A program made the position numbers and the translations under genes. The notes under the pieces are model-generated. The model did no database searches and had not been told where the DNA came from. It saw only the letters and a program-made list of their open reading frames with translations. DNA of 52,754 nucleotides from Bacillota bacterium (lineage in GTDB: Bacteria > Bacillota > Limnochordia > Darwinibacteriales > Darwinibacteriaceae), in assembly GCA_012518645.1 (NCBI GenBank), contig JAAYRS010000107.1, positions 1 to 52,754 of the forward strand. Reading direction: 5' to 3'. Every line of letters begins with the position of its first letter. Position 1 is the stretch's first letter. Shown here piece by piece: positions 26,781-36,246 of the stretch.

Positions 26781-27527
26781 TCAGACAGGTCTATTTAAAT
26801 ACTCTTGTAAATGGTAAAAGTCCCCAATTAATACCAGGGTCAGGGTAATTATGTATTTTCTTTGCCTTTCCAAAGTTTTACGGCTTACTTCCACCCTGGT
26901 CTGAAGCTCTTTCAGCGGCAAGGCCTTTTTGCTGGTTAAATAGGCTAGAAGTTCGGGATCATTCACCAAAATCCGAGCAACCCGCAGGGCTCTATCGCGA
27001 GCATCCTGGTGTTTAGGGGAAATTACCGTTAGCTCAGAAAAGCGGATCCCATAATGACTGAGCAGCTGATCCAATCTAAAAATTTCTTCCCGGCGTTCTT
27101 CGGCCTCTTCCTGAATTTGAAGGACGGCAAAGGCTTCCTTTGACTCGATTTTTTGGATAACACCGTCATCGTATTCGTCGGTTTCAAAACTGGAAAGAGG
27201 GATTTCATCCCTTTTATTAGATTGCCTCCGAAAATAATCCACCATCCGGCGCTTGATTACAATCTCGGCAAAACTTAGAAAGGATGCACCGCCCTGATCA
27301 TTATATGAGTCAATCGCCTCATTAAATGCAATCATGGCAATACTGGCTTCATCATCTCTTCCTAAGACCAAGTATTTCCGGCATGTTCCGGAAGCAACCC
27401 GCAGGTAAAAAGGGCGGTAGTCCCGCAGCACCTGTTCCCGCGCTCGTTTATCCCCATTTTGGGCAGCAGCCACCAACTCAGCTAATTTCATTCGGTCATC
27501 GCGCTGATAGACAACATCTGCACTCAT
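26781..27527 (-). CDS. sigI: RNA polymerase sigma factor SigI
   Basis: Strong similarity along its length to B. subtilis SigI (IAFNEAI, SFAEIVIKRR, SPKH.DAR, SRKT.ER.RKYII...GDF..L..YL). The start is the ATG at 27527, 7 nt after AAGGGAGG. Confidence 0.88.
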   Translation of the reverse strand: MSADVVYQRDDRMKLAELVAAAQNGDKRAREQVLRDYRPFYLRVASGTCRKYLVLGRDDEASIAMIAFNEAIDSYNDQGGASFLSFAEIVIKRRMVDYFRRQSNKRDEIPLSSFETDEYDDGVIQKIESKEAFAVLQIQEEAEERREEIFRLDQLLSHYGIRFSELTVISPKHQDARDRALRVARILVNDPELLAYLTSKKALPLKELQTRVEVSRKTLERQRKYIITLTLVLIGDFYHLQEYLNRPV

Positions 27528-27579
27528 TTTTTGGCCTCCCTTGACAACTTTCGCCATCGAATCCGTGATTTTGAGGGTG

Positions 27580-28470
27580 CTATTTATAGCCTAACTCAGC
27601 CAAAGCGCCAGGTTTGTTTCGCCAGTCCCTCTTCACCTTAACCCACAAGTCGAGGTGGACTTGAACACCTAAAAGCCCTTCGATTTGGGCCCGGGCACCA
27701 ATCCCCGCCGCCTTTAGCTTCTGTCCCCCTCTGCCAATTACAATCCCTTTTTGAGACTCTCTTTCTACGTAAATAGTAGCCCTAATCCTAATTAACTTCC
27801 GTTGCGGATCCTCTTTGATTTCATCTACATCTACAGCTATTGAGTGCGGTATTTCCTCTTCAGTCCGGTCTAAAAGTTCCTCTCGGATAAACTCAGCGAT
27901 AATAAATCGTTCCGGGTAATTAGTAACCCAATCCTCGGGGTAATATTGGGGCCCTTCTTTTAGCCGGCTAGTTATCATTTCTAGGAGCCGATTCAAATTT
28001 GTACCCTCTAAAGCTGATATGATGATCGAGTCCGCAAATTGCCCTTTTTCCACCAGGGAATCAAGAAAAGGGCTATGCTCCTGCACAGGGACCTGATCCG
28101 ACTTATTAACAACCAAAATGATCGGTGCCTCCACAGGGCCTAATTCAGCTAAAATATGCTGGTCGGCCCTCGTCCATGAGCCCATTTCAACCAGCCACAA
28201 AATCAAATCCACATCTTCTAAAGCCCTGAAAGCATTTTTTACCATAAACTCCCCTAATTTATGCAGCGGTTTGTGCAAACCGGGTGTATCTAAAAAAACA
28301 ATCTGGGCCTTATCTGTGGTAAGCACAGCTTGGACAGTGTTCCGGGTTGTCTGCGGCTTATTTGAAACAATGGCCACCTTTTGGCCTACCAAGGCGTTAA
28401 GAAGAGTCGATTTCCCCACATTAGGGCGTCCCACTACCGCAACAAACCCGGATTTAAAAGACTTTACCAT
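27580..28470 (-). CDS. era: GTPase Era
   Basis: 296 aa with G1 GRPNVGKST, G3 DTPG, G4 NKSD and a C-terminal KH domain. Confidence 0.95.
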   Translation of the reverse strand: MVKSFKSGFVAVVGRPNVGKSTLLNALVGQKVAIVSNKPQTTRNTVQAVLTTDKAQIVFLDTPGLHKPLHKLGEFMVKNAFRALEDVDLILWLVEMGSWTRADQHILAELGPVEAPIILVVNKSDQVPVQEHSPFLDSLVEKGQFADSIIISALEGTNLNRLLEMITSRLKEGPQYYPEDWVTNYPERFIIAEFIREELLDRTEEEIPHSIAVDVDEIKEDPQRKLIRIRATIYVERESQKGIVIGRGGQKLKAAGIGARAQIEGLLGVQVHLDLWVKVKRDWRNKPGALAELGYK

Positions 28471-28881
28471 CTAGTAATCATCCTTGTGTTTTAGTTCTTT
28501 GGAGGTAAACGCCCCGGGCAGAAGGCTTTTAATTTCTGTTTGGATCCCCGCACCCTGCATGCTGCCAAGATAAATGGGCATATCAGGTTCAAAAAACTCC
28601 GCCATCACTTGGCGGCAGGCGCCGCAAGGGCTAACCGGTCCGGCTGTGTCGGCCACAACTGCCAAAGCCGCAAATTCCCGCACTCCTTCCGAAATTGCTT
28701 TAAAGATAGCTGTGCGTTCGGCACAATTGGTGACTCCGTAGGCGGCATTTTCAATGTTGCAGCCCGTAAAGACCCGGCCATCCTTAGAGAGGGCAGCTGC
28801 CCCCACCGCAAAACCGGAGTAAGGTACATAAGCATTTTTTCTAGCCTCTTCTGCCTTAGACAGCAGTTCTTTCCCAGTCAC
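28471..28881 (-). CDS. cdd: Cytidine deaminase
   Basis: 136 aa with zinc motifs CAER and PCGACRQ. GTG start follows GGAGGTG. Confidence 0.9.
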   Translation of the reverse strand: MTGKELLSKAEEARKNAYVPYSGFAVGAAALSKDGRVFTGCNIENAAYGVTNCAERTAIFKAISEGVREFAALAVVADTAGPVSPCGACRQVMAEFFEPDMPIYLGSMQGAGIQTEIKSLLPGAFTSKELKHKDDY

Positions 28882-28897
28882 GGCTACACCTCCGAAT

Positions 28898-29596
28898 TTA
28901 GGCTTTCAATAGGAAAAACACAAACGTTATCAGACTGCCAATAAATGCACCGGCGACAACTTCCCACCATTTATGTATTTCGCCCTCCACCCTGCTTTGT
29001 CCTACCAGGGCCGCGAGGGCAAATCCTGCCACGACAGCCCAACCTTTGCTAGTCTGCCAAATGGCTGTTGCCAAAGAAAAAGCAACCGCTGTGTGCCCTG
29101 AGGGCATCCCGCCCCGCAGCACTTCTTCCCGGCCGGAACGGGCCTTAAGGCCGATAATTACGAAGATTACGGTGGCCACCGCCACCACCACTAAATAGTG
29201 GACCGGCACCGCTTTTCTTAAAACAGAAGCATCAAATTGGATAAAATAATCTATGAAGACCAAATAACCTACACCCACCGCGGTTAAAGCCGTAACCAAA
29301 ACAGCCCCCGCCGCGATATTTTTAATGACCCCGGCCAAAGGATGATATTCCGGGGAAATAAGGTTAACAACTTCCTCTAAAGCCGTATTAATAACCTCCA
29401 CTACAAAGACCAGGCCGATTGTTAAAAGCAAAATAGTTAGTTCCAGGCGGGACAGCCCTAAAACTGAGGCTAAAATTATAACCAAAATTCCCGTTAATAG
29501 ATGGACCCTCATGTTTCTTTGAGTCCGGACCACATGAATTAAGCCTTGGAAAGCATCACTGAAACTAACGTAAATTGACCGCTTTTTCACTCGCAA
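28898..29596 (-). CDS. dgkA: Fusion protein: DgkA-family lipid kinase (undecaprenol/diacylglycerol kinase) plus a PAP2-like phosphatase domain
   Basis: The N-terminal ~120 aa carry DgkA motifs (EVINTALEEVV, KNIAAGAVL). The C-terminal ~95 aa carry PAP2 motifs PSGH and SRvegeiH. The start could instead be the GTG at 29590. Confidence 0.75.
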   Translation of the reverse strand: MRVKKRSIYVSFSDAFQGLIHVVRTQRNMRVHLLTGILVIILASVLGLSRLELTILLLTIGLVFVVEVINTALEEVVNLISPEYHPLAGVIKNIAAGAVLVTALTAVGVGYLVFIDYFIQFDASVLRKAVPVHYLVVVAVATVIFVIIGLKARSGREEVLRGGMPSGHTAVAFSLATAIWQTSKGWAVVAGFALAALVGQSRVEGEIHKWWEVVAGAFIGSLITFVFFLLKA

Positions 29597-30054
29597 TCTC
29601 TCCCCAAACCCAATTCGTTTAATACCGCTTCTTCCCGCTGCCGCATCTTCCCCTTTTCCCGGGGAGTTTGATGATCATAACCAAGCAAATGAAAAATGCC
29701 GTGAATGGCCAGATAAACAACTTCCCGCTCCATACTGTGCCCAAAATCCGCGGCTTGCTCCCAAGCGCGCTCTAGGGAGATAACAATATCCCCCAACACC
29801 CGGGGCGCTTTCTCAGGTAAAAAGAAGCCGTCTTCTTCGGTTTGGGGAAAAGATAGAACATCCGTTGGTTCGTTCAGCCCCCGGTACTTAAGATTTAGTT
29901 CCTGAATCTGTGCATCGTCCATGAAAGAAACGCTGACCTCCAGCCCGGGGCCAAGCCCTTCTAAACGAGCAGCTGTTTTCAATCCGCGGCTGATTAACTT
30001 TTGATAACCTTTGATAGAAAACCTCTTTTGAAAATTATTTAGAAGAACCTCCAT
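29587..30054 (-). CDS. ybeY: rRNA maturation endoribonuclease YbeY
   Basis: 155 aa with the zinc motif HGIFHLLGYDH. Confidence 0.9.
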   Translation of the reverse strand: MEVLLNNFQKRFSIKGYQKLISRGLKTAARLEGLGPGLEVSVSFMDDAQIQELNLKYRGLNEPTDVLSFPQTEEDGFFLPEKAPRVLGDIVISLERAWEQAADFGHSMEREVVYLAIHGIFHLLGYDHQTPREKGKMRQREEAVLNELGLGRDCE

Positions 30055-32215
30055 TGCGCGTCCGCTTCCCTTCGACTTCCTCCTTAGTAATCTGCTCCGG
30101 ATATTCCACTCGGGAGTGAAACATGCCCACGATTACCTTAACAAAGGCAGAGGCAATTTTATCCAAATCTTGGAAAGTCAATTCACTTTCATCCAATTCC
30201 CCGGAATTTAAGCGATCTTTAATAATTTTGCGCACTAACCCTTCGATTTTTCCGGGATTAGGCTTCCCCAGAGATCGGACCGCGGCTTCAGTAGCATCGG
30301 CCAAAGAAACAATGGCCACTTCTCTTGTTTGATGTTTAGGGCCGGGATAGCGATAGTCTTTTTCTTTCACGGAACCATCATCATTTGCTTCTGAAGCCCG
30401 GTGATAAAAGAAACGTACCAAATCGGTTCCGTGGTGTTCACTAATAAATTGGGTCACAGCCCGCGGCAGCTTAAATTCCTGTGCTAATTCAATTCCATCT
30501 TTTACATGCGAAGTAATAATTAAGGTGGAAAGCGAAGGAGCAATCTTATCGTGAGGATTATCAATCCCTACCTGATTTTCCACAAAAAAATAAGGCCGCT
30601 TGAGTTTACCGATATCGTGGTAGTGAGAACCGACCCGGGCCAAAAGACCATCTGCCCCAATAGCTTCCGCCGCCGCTTCCGCCAAGTTGCCCACTAAAAT
30701 GCTGTGGTGGTAAGTGCCCGGTGCTTCCAACATCAAACGCCGCAGCAGGGGATGGTTGGGATTCGATAGTTCCAGAAGGCGGATCGCGGAGGTGATTTTA
30801 AAAACACTTTCCAGATAGGGTAGAATCCCGATGGCTACAATTGATGCTAACACCCCGCTTAATAACCCCAAATAACTGTGAAGGACTAAAACATTTTCCT
30901 TGCCCACAAGCCCCAAAGTTACCATTGTCAGGAAATTTACCCCTCCGATAATAAATCCGGCCCGCATCAAATCTCCCCGCTGGCTCACTTTGGAAACGCT
31001 TAAAATAGCGGTAAAACCGCTGACCAAAGTCATTATTCCAATGCTCCAGCTGAAATCGTTGATTACCACCAAAAACACAGCCAAAACAGCAGTTGACATG
31101 CTGGCAACCTTAAAACCGATTAGAAGTGTCAATAACAAGCCCGTCAAGGCGGACGGATTTAGGTAAGGGGCTTGGGCCCAGCCAATCATGGTAAATAATT
31201 TCCCTAAAAACAGCATTACCAAAAGCACAGAGCCCACTAAAGCCAAAAGCCTTTCATTTTTTAAAATATCGGGGCGGTTTTGGTAAAGGAAAGTACCAAA
31301 GATACTCATCAAAGAGGCAACTAACAAAACCAGGCCCACAAAAAGTCCGTAATCTAACCCGGTTTTAATTAAGCCCACATCCCTAAGAGGGCCGATATGC
31401 TCCTCCCTGACAACGTCCCCTTTACGGACAATAACCTCGCCCTGCATAATTAAAGCCGGCTCTACCGATTCCGCCGCAGCCTGCCGAGCTTTATTAACCT
31501 TTTCCGTATTTAGAATTAAATTGGGCTGGATTAAATGGCGCCCAATGATGGTGGCGCCTTGTTCCAACTCAGATTTTAGTTTTTTCGCCTCCACACTGGT
31601 TTCAAACGAATTACGGGCGTCCCGGAGTTCATCTTCACTAATTCTTTCTTCCATCGCAGCTAAAACCAGATTTGTAATACCCTGGGCAAACTGATCAAAT
31701 TCCTGCAAGTTCATGGCAGCAACAGCTTGGAGCACATTTTCCGGAATTTCGATCTTCCAATCGCGGATCAAACGGCGGTCCACTTCGGATGTGGAAAGTA
31801 GGTCAACGTCGGCGGCTTCTTGCCCCTCGTCCTCTTCCCCGACGTCTGTATCCTGAGGTATACTTAAGCGCAATAAATTAAAAATCCCCGTTAGATCTTC
31901 TTCAACCTCTAAGATAACGGACTGATTAAGATCGTAATAGCCGGGATCCTTGCTAACCTCCAAAAGAACCTGCCTTTCGGCTTCTTCTTCCAGGCGGGCA
32001 GTTTCGTTTGTATTAACCGCTGTAACCGGAGCAGCCAAATCCTTTTTGGCCACCTGTCCGACTTCAACGGAGACCCCGGTAGGCAGGGCATTAAAAATTA
32101 AAACTGCAAGGATGCCTACAGAAATTGAAAGGCCCAGCAGCCATTGGCGGACAGATGTTTTTTCGGTGATAAAATTCCGGATTTTCTTCCAACTTTTCCT
32201 ATTTTTGCGTTTCAC
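30035..32215 (-). CDS. pgpH: 7TM-HD membrane phosphohydrolase (YqfF/PgpH-type cyclic-di-AMP phosphodiesterase family)
   Basis: 726 aa with an extracellular N-domain, a 7-TM block and a C-terminal HD domain (HHSILVGNL...HDIGK). GTG start follows GGGGGAG. It occupies the conserved position between phoH and ybeY. Confidence 0.85.
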   Translation of the reverse strand: MKRKNRKSWKKIRNFITEKTSVRQWLLGLSISVGILAVLIFNALPTGVSVEVGQVAKKDLAAPVTAVNTNETARLEEEAERQVLLEVSKDPGYYDLNQSVILEVEEDLTGIFNLLRLSIPQDTDVGEEDEGQEAADVDLLSTSEVDRRLIRDWKIEIPENVLQAVAAMNLQEFDQFAQGITNLVLAAMEERISEDELRDARNSFETSVEAKKLKSELEQGATIIGRHLIQPNLILNTEKVNKARQAAAESVEPALIMQGEVIVRKGDVVREEHIGPLRDVGLIKTGLDYGLFVGLVLLVASLMSIFGTFLYQNRPDILKNERLLALVGSVLLVMLFLGKLFTMIGWAQAPYLNPSALTGLLLTLLIGFKVASMSTAVLAVFLVVINDFSWSIGIMTLVSGFTAILSVSKVSQRGDLMRAGFIIGGVNFLTMVTLGLVGKENVLVLHSYLGLLSGVLASIVAIGILPYLESVFKITSAIRLLELSNPNHPLLRRLMLEAPGTYHHSILVGNLAEAAAEAIGADGLLARVGSHYHDIGKLKRPYFFVENQVGIDNPHDKIAPSLSTLIITSHVKDGIELAQEFKLPRAVTQFISEHHGTDLVRFFYHRASEANDDGSVKEKDYRYPGPKHQTREVAIVSLADATEAAVRSLGKPNPGKIEGLVRKIIKDRLNSGELDESELTFQDLDKIASAFVKVIVGMFHSRVEYPEQITKEEVEGKRTRNGGSSK

Positions 32216-32226
32216 TTTGCTCCCCC

Positions 32227-33177
32227 TTAGAATCGGGACTTCTCTTCATAAGCATCGTAAGCTTGGACAATTCTCTGCACCAGCGGATGGCGGACCACGT
32301 CGCTTTCGTGCAAGTAGCAAAAACCGATTCCTTCCACTTTTTTCAGGATCTTTTGGATTTTAATCAAACCCGATTTCTTGCCTGAAGGCAGATCCACCTG
32401 CGTAATATCTCCTGTAACCACAGCTTGAGAACCAAATCCTAAACGGGTCAAAAACATCTTCATTTGTTCCGGCGTAGAGTTTTGAGCTTCATCTAAGATT
32501 ACAAAACAGTCGTCTAGAGTCCTTCCCCGCATATAAGCCAGCGGGGCGATTTCAATAATGCCCTTTTCACGATGCTTTTGATATGCTTCTTGCCCAAGAA
32601 TATCAAACAAAGCATCGTATAAAGGGCGCAAATAGGGATCCACTTTATCCTGCAGATCACCGGGCAAAAAACCTAAATGTTCCCCGGCTTCAACCGCAGG
32701 CCTGGTTAGAATAATCCGCTCTATTTCTTTTTTCTTTAAGGCGGCAACAGCCATCGCCATAGCCAGATAGGTCTTTCCCGTACCCGCCGGGCCTATCCCA
32801 AAGACGATGTCATTGGCAGCGATGGTTTCCACATAGCGGCGCTGCCCCGCTGTTTTAGGCCTTATCTGCCGCCCCCGGTGTGTGGTTACCACTACTTCCT
32901 CACTAATCTCATATAAAGCAATGGAGTCACCGTTTTCACTCAGCTTTATTGCATAATAAACATCATGGCTGGTTAAGTGGGGGCCTAAAGAAGCAATGTT
33001 CTCTAAGACCTGTTTGGCTTTAGAGACCTCATCTTCACTGCCGGAAATTAAAAACTCTAAACCGCGAGGTATAATCCTCACATTAAACGCCGATTCAACA
33101 AGCCGCAAATTTTCGTCCCTTTTACCGCTAACAACCTGGGCTTGTTCGTTGTCCTGAAGCCGTAAGATTTGACTCAA
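32227..33177 (-). CDS. phoH: PhoH-like ATPase
   Basis: Walker A GPAGTGKT, ILDEAQN and the PhoH C-terminal signature. I set the start at the in-frame TTG at 33177, downstream of AGGAGG. The ORF-track start at 33285 would run through the predicted promoter and overlap yqfD. Confidence 0.85.
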   Translation of the reverse strand: MSQILRLQDNEQAQVVSGKRDENLRLVESAFNVRIIPRGLEFLISGSEDEVSKAKQVLENIASLGPHLTSHDVYYAIKLSENGDSIALYEISEEVVVTTHRGRQIRPKTAGQRRYVETIAANDIVFGIGPAGTGKTYLAMAMAVAALKKKEIERIILTRPAVEAGEHLGFLPGDLQDKVDPYLRPLYDALFDILGQEAYQKHREKGIIEIAPLAYMRGRTLDDCFVILDEAQNSTPEQMKMFLTRLGFGSQAVVTGDITQVDLPSGKKSGLIKIQKILKKVEGIGFCYLHESDVVRHPLVQRIVQAYDAYEEKSRF

Positions 33178-33213
33178 TCCCTTAACAATCCTCCTGTTTT
33201 GCCTTATGCACTT

Positions 33214-33242
33214 ATTATAAGCAAAACAAGGATGAGATGCAA
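33214..33242 (-). promoter_or_regulatory. SigA-type promoter for the phoH operon
   Basis: Minus strand reads TTGCAT (33242..33237), a 17-nt spacer, then TATAAT (33219..33214), just after the yqfD stop. Confidence 0.55.
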
Positions 33243-33247
33243 ACAAA

Positions 33248-34420
33248 TCATGGATCAGCCCGAAATTCCCCAATATCCTCTTCAACCTCTACGGAAAGAA
33301 TAATCCTAAGCCCTTCCGAATCCGGGATGAAGTATTCCTCAACTCGCTTCTCTTGGATTTCGCCCAGCTCCACACCACGATCTTCCAGCCGTTTCCAGGC
33401 CTGTTCTAAAGCCTTTTGCCTCGCTTCTTCCCGGGAAATTGAGATTAACTGATAGGCAACCTCGGCATACTCGATCTTTTTCCAAGCCAAAGGAAGCATG
33501 GCTCGGCCCAAAGACAGGCACCATTCCCGCTCAGATTTTAAATGTGTCCGGGAAGGGTAGCTTCGGCCCAGCGGAAGGAGAAAAAAACCCAACTGCAGAG
33601 AATATTGGCGGCGGCGAACCCCTGTTTTGGCAGCGACCCATTCCTGGAAGGCTGCCTCTCCAAAAGATTGATGCCAGATGCGGGCCTTAACTATACCATC
33701 AGCCCTTCCCATTTGCTTTTTCCCTTGGGAATCGTAATAAGCCCCTGATATTAGAAGATCCCCTCGGCGGACGGTATCCCCTTTTTCTACCAAGGCCGTG
33801 CCTCTTAAAAGAAGAACTTCGCTTACTAAACCAGGTTGGGAAGCGTAGATACCCCCCGGGGATTGACTCGCAAATTCCGGCTCTGCCTTTTCCGCCAAGT
33901 TAACCAAGGCCCTGACTCCCTTCACACTAACTTCAGCCCAAACCAAAGATTCAAAATTGGCCAACAAAGCCCGTTCCAACTGTTTGGGGGAAAAGCCGGA
34001 CTTCCTTGCACCGACTTTAAGCCCTGATTTTTCAATTAAGACCTTAAGGTCAGGGCCTGGGACGGAAGAAGCGCCCCAAATTTCAACAAACCAAATAAAA
34101 TTAGCTAAATAAAGTGTTGTTAAAATGCAAAAAGCCAGACCTAAAAGAAGAAACCACCTCGATTTAAATTTTCGGGCCAGGAACGGTAAACCATGCCGAT
34201 CGAAAACGTTTAATTCTAGATTGGCGCCGCGGACCAGGGGACGGATTTTCCGAAATTGCCGCAAGGGTAGCCTGAGGATAATAACATCGCCGGTTAAACG
34301 CTGAAGCTGCCAAAGGGTTAGGTCGGCAGCAGCCATTTTATTTAAAAAACTCTCCAGGCCGGGTCCCCGCAGCCTAATGGTTAAATACCCTTCCATCCAG
34401 TTCCAAAGACGTTTGGTCAT
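33248..34420 (-). CDS. yqfD: Sporulation protein YqfD
   Basis: 390 aa with the N-terminal pattern GYLTIRLRG...ESFLN and a central TM. It lies in the conserved yqfC-yqfD-phoH order and overlaps the yqfC stop by 4 nt. Confidence 0.8.
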   Translation of the reverse strand: MTKRLWNWMEGYLTIRLRGPGLESFLNKMAAADLTLWQLQRLTGDVIILRLPLRQFRKIRPLVRGANLELNVFDRHGLPFLARKFKSRWFLLLGLAFCILTTLYLANFIWFVEIWGASSVPGPDLKVLIEKSGLKVGARKSGFSPKQLERALLANFESLVWAEVSVKGVRALVNLAEKAEPEFASQSPGGIYASQPGLVSEVLLLRGTALVEKGDTVRRGDLLISGAYYDSQGKKQMGRADGIVKARIWHQSFGEAAFQEWVAAKTGVRRRQYSLQLGFFLLPLGRSYPSRTHLKSEREWCLSLGRAMLPLAWKKIEYAEVAYQLISISREEARQKALEQAWKRLEDRGVELGEIQEKRVEEYFIPDSEGLRIILSVEVEEDIGEFRADP

Positions 34421-34695
34421 TTCAGCATCACCTGGTTTATCCGCCCGAAAATGTGTATTTCTTGGGCTGAAAAAAAAGTAATCTCTAAATTTTCCCCTTT
34501 TAACTCGATCGCACCTTGAAAAGAGCGGGCCTTGATACAGCGATCAGTGTACTGAAGCAGCCCTTTATGGTTCTGAATCCGAGCTTCCTCGCGGCCGATA
34601 AGATTAACACTAGCGCAATCCAAAACAACTGTAGGCGGCAGTTCTAAGGCCTTGGCAAATTGTTTTTTTACTCTTTGCTTAAAAAAAGGCTTCAT
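34417..34695 (-). CDS. yqfC: Sporulation protein YqfC
   Basis: 92 aa with the YqfC pattern (LPPTVVLD...IQNHKGLLQYTD) and conserved position. Confidence 0.8.
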   Translation of the reverse strand: MKPFFKQRVKKQFAKALELPPTVVLDCASVNLIGREEARIQNHKGLLQYTDRCIKARSFQGAIELKGENLEITFFSAQEIHIFGRINQVMLK

Positions 34696-34727
34696 AGCGG
34701 ACCCCCTCTAGTTTAAATTTATGCACT

Positions 34728-34760
34728 AAAAAAAAGGTTAGACCCCGGTGAGATCTAACC
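34728..34760 (-). terminator. Rho-independent terminator after the nfeD-floA-yqfB-like unit
   Basis: Minus strand reads GGTTAGA-loop-TCTAACC followed by T8. Confidence 0.7.
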
Positions 34761-34816
34761 TTTCATAATCCCATTTCAACCGATAGCCGTTTTTGGCGAA
34801 ACCCTCTCTCCGCTTC

Positions 34817-35209
34817 CTAACGATTGGGCCAGGGCCTTTGCACCCTTGGCTCCCTTACAATTTCAGACATAACAATTGCCTGGCTTAAATTTCGGGCGCT
34901 AATCCTAAACCGCGGTTTCAATTTTGCTTTAGGCTTCACCTTTTTCGGCTCATCCTGATTTAAATCTAAGTCTTCCGCGGTCCGGAGGGAAACTTCAGGT
35001 TCTTCTTCCTCCCCCCTCAGGGGCGAAAAGTATTCTTCCACTTCGTCAAAAACATCCGTTGCCGGCAGCGGTTTTTCCACTTCCATTACTTCTGAAAAAT
35101 CCCCCGGCGAACGCCTTTTTTCCGTTTGGCCCTGTTTTGCCAACCATTTGATAATAGCGGTAAAAACCGCTACTAAAATGTAAATGATAAATCCTAAAGA
35201 AACGCGCAT
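34817..35209 (-). CDS. Small membrane protein with a charged tail (YqfB-position protein)
   Basis: One N-terminal TM followed by an E/K-rich tail. The ATG at 35209 lies 5 nt after GGTGG. Lies downstream of floA, as yqfB does in Bacillus. Confidence 0.45.
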   Translation of the reverse strand: MRVSLGFIIYILVAVFTAIIKWLAKQGQTEKRRSPGDFSEVMEVEKPLPATDVFDEVEEYFSPLRGEEEEPEVSLRTAEDLDLNQDEPKKVKPKAKLKPRFRISARNLSQAIVMSEIVREPRVQRPWPNR

Positions 35210-35218
35210 GAAAACCAC

Positions 35219-36220
35219 CTACCGTATGGGTTTATCATCGTTTGAATCTGATTCAACCCCTTGATCATCTTCCCCGATACGTTCCCGCATCCGAGTATCA
35301 GCCATGATATTTTTCATACCGTAATAATCCATTGCACCTAAGTTGCCTTCCCGCAGGGCCTCCGCTAAAGCCTTGGGTACCTCTGCTTCCGCTTGAACTA
35401 CTTGGGCCCTCATCTCTTGAGTAGCCGCTTTCATTTCTTGCTCCCGAGCGTGGGCGGCAAAACGCCTTTCGGCAGCTTTGGCCTGGGCAATGTTCTTATC
35501 CGCTTCGGCTTGATCCATCTGGAGACGGGCTCCGATGTTGCGCCCCACATCAACGTCGGCAATATCGATAGACAGAATTTCGAAAGCAGTTCCTGAATCA
35601 AGGCCTTTGCCTAAAACCACCCTGGAAATCTTATCCGGGTTTTCTAACACTTCTGCATGGCTTCCGCTGGAACCCACAGTGGTAACAATCCCTTCCCCGA
35701 CACGGGCAATGATAGTAGCCTCGCCGGCACCGCCGACTAAGCGATCGATATTGGCCCTAACGGTTACCCGGGCTTTTGCTTTCAATTCAATACCGTCCTT
35801 AGCAACAGCGGAAATTAAGGGGGTCTCGATAACTTTGGGGTTAACGCTCATCTGAACCGCCTCTAAGACATTCCTCCCAGCCAAATCGATAGCCGCCCCC
35901 CGTTCGAAAGTAAGGGCAATATCCGCCCGATGGGCGGCAATCAGGGCATCAACTACGTTGTCTACATTACCCCCCGCTAAAAAGTGGGCTTCCAGCTTAT
36001 CAATGGTTGTCTTGACCCCGCCTTTCTGGGCTTTAATAAAGGGTAAAATGATCCTGGCCGGCGCCACCCTCCGTAAACGCATACCTACTAAAGTAATTAG
36101 TTTTACATCTACACCCGCAGCTATAGCTGAAATCCACAAACCCACCGGCACAAAGCTAAAGAACAAAATAACCACTACTATTAAAATCAATAACGGTAGA
36201 CCAGCAAATAATACTGACAT
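35219..36220 (-). CDS. floA: Flotillin-like protein FloA (YqfA, UPF0365)
   Basis: 333 aa with the N-terminal TM hairpin and the conserved [12 protein letters not shown]...LVGMRLRRV sequence, followed by an SPFH-like region. Confidence 0.85.
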   Translation of the reverse strand: MSVLFAGLPLLILIVVVILFFSFVPVGLWISAIAAGVDVKLITLVGMRLRRVAPARIILPFIKAQKGGVKTTIDKLEAHFLAGGNVDNVVDALIAAHRADIALTFERGAAIDLAGRNVLEAVQMSVNPKVIETPLISAVAKDGIELKAKARVTVRANIDRLVGGAGEATIIARVGEGIVTTVGSSGSHAEVLENPDKISRVVLGKGLDSGTAFEILSIDIADVDVGRNIGARLQMDQAEADKNIAQAKAAERRFAAHAREQEMKAATQEMRAQVVQAEAEVPKALAEALREGNLGAMDYYGMKNIMADTRMRERIGEDDQGVESDSNDDKPIR

Positions 36221-36246
36221 CTTAAACCTCCTTCAAATCCCTTCTT

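Noticed and set aside
33178-33285. Apparent 38-nt overlap of phoH with yqfD
   Set aside because: This is an artefact of the over-long ORF-track start. A TTGCAT-17-TATAAT promoter and an AGGAGG SD lie within the supposed extension.
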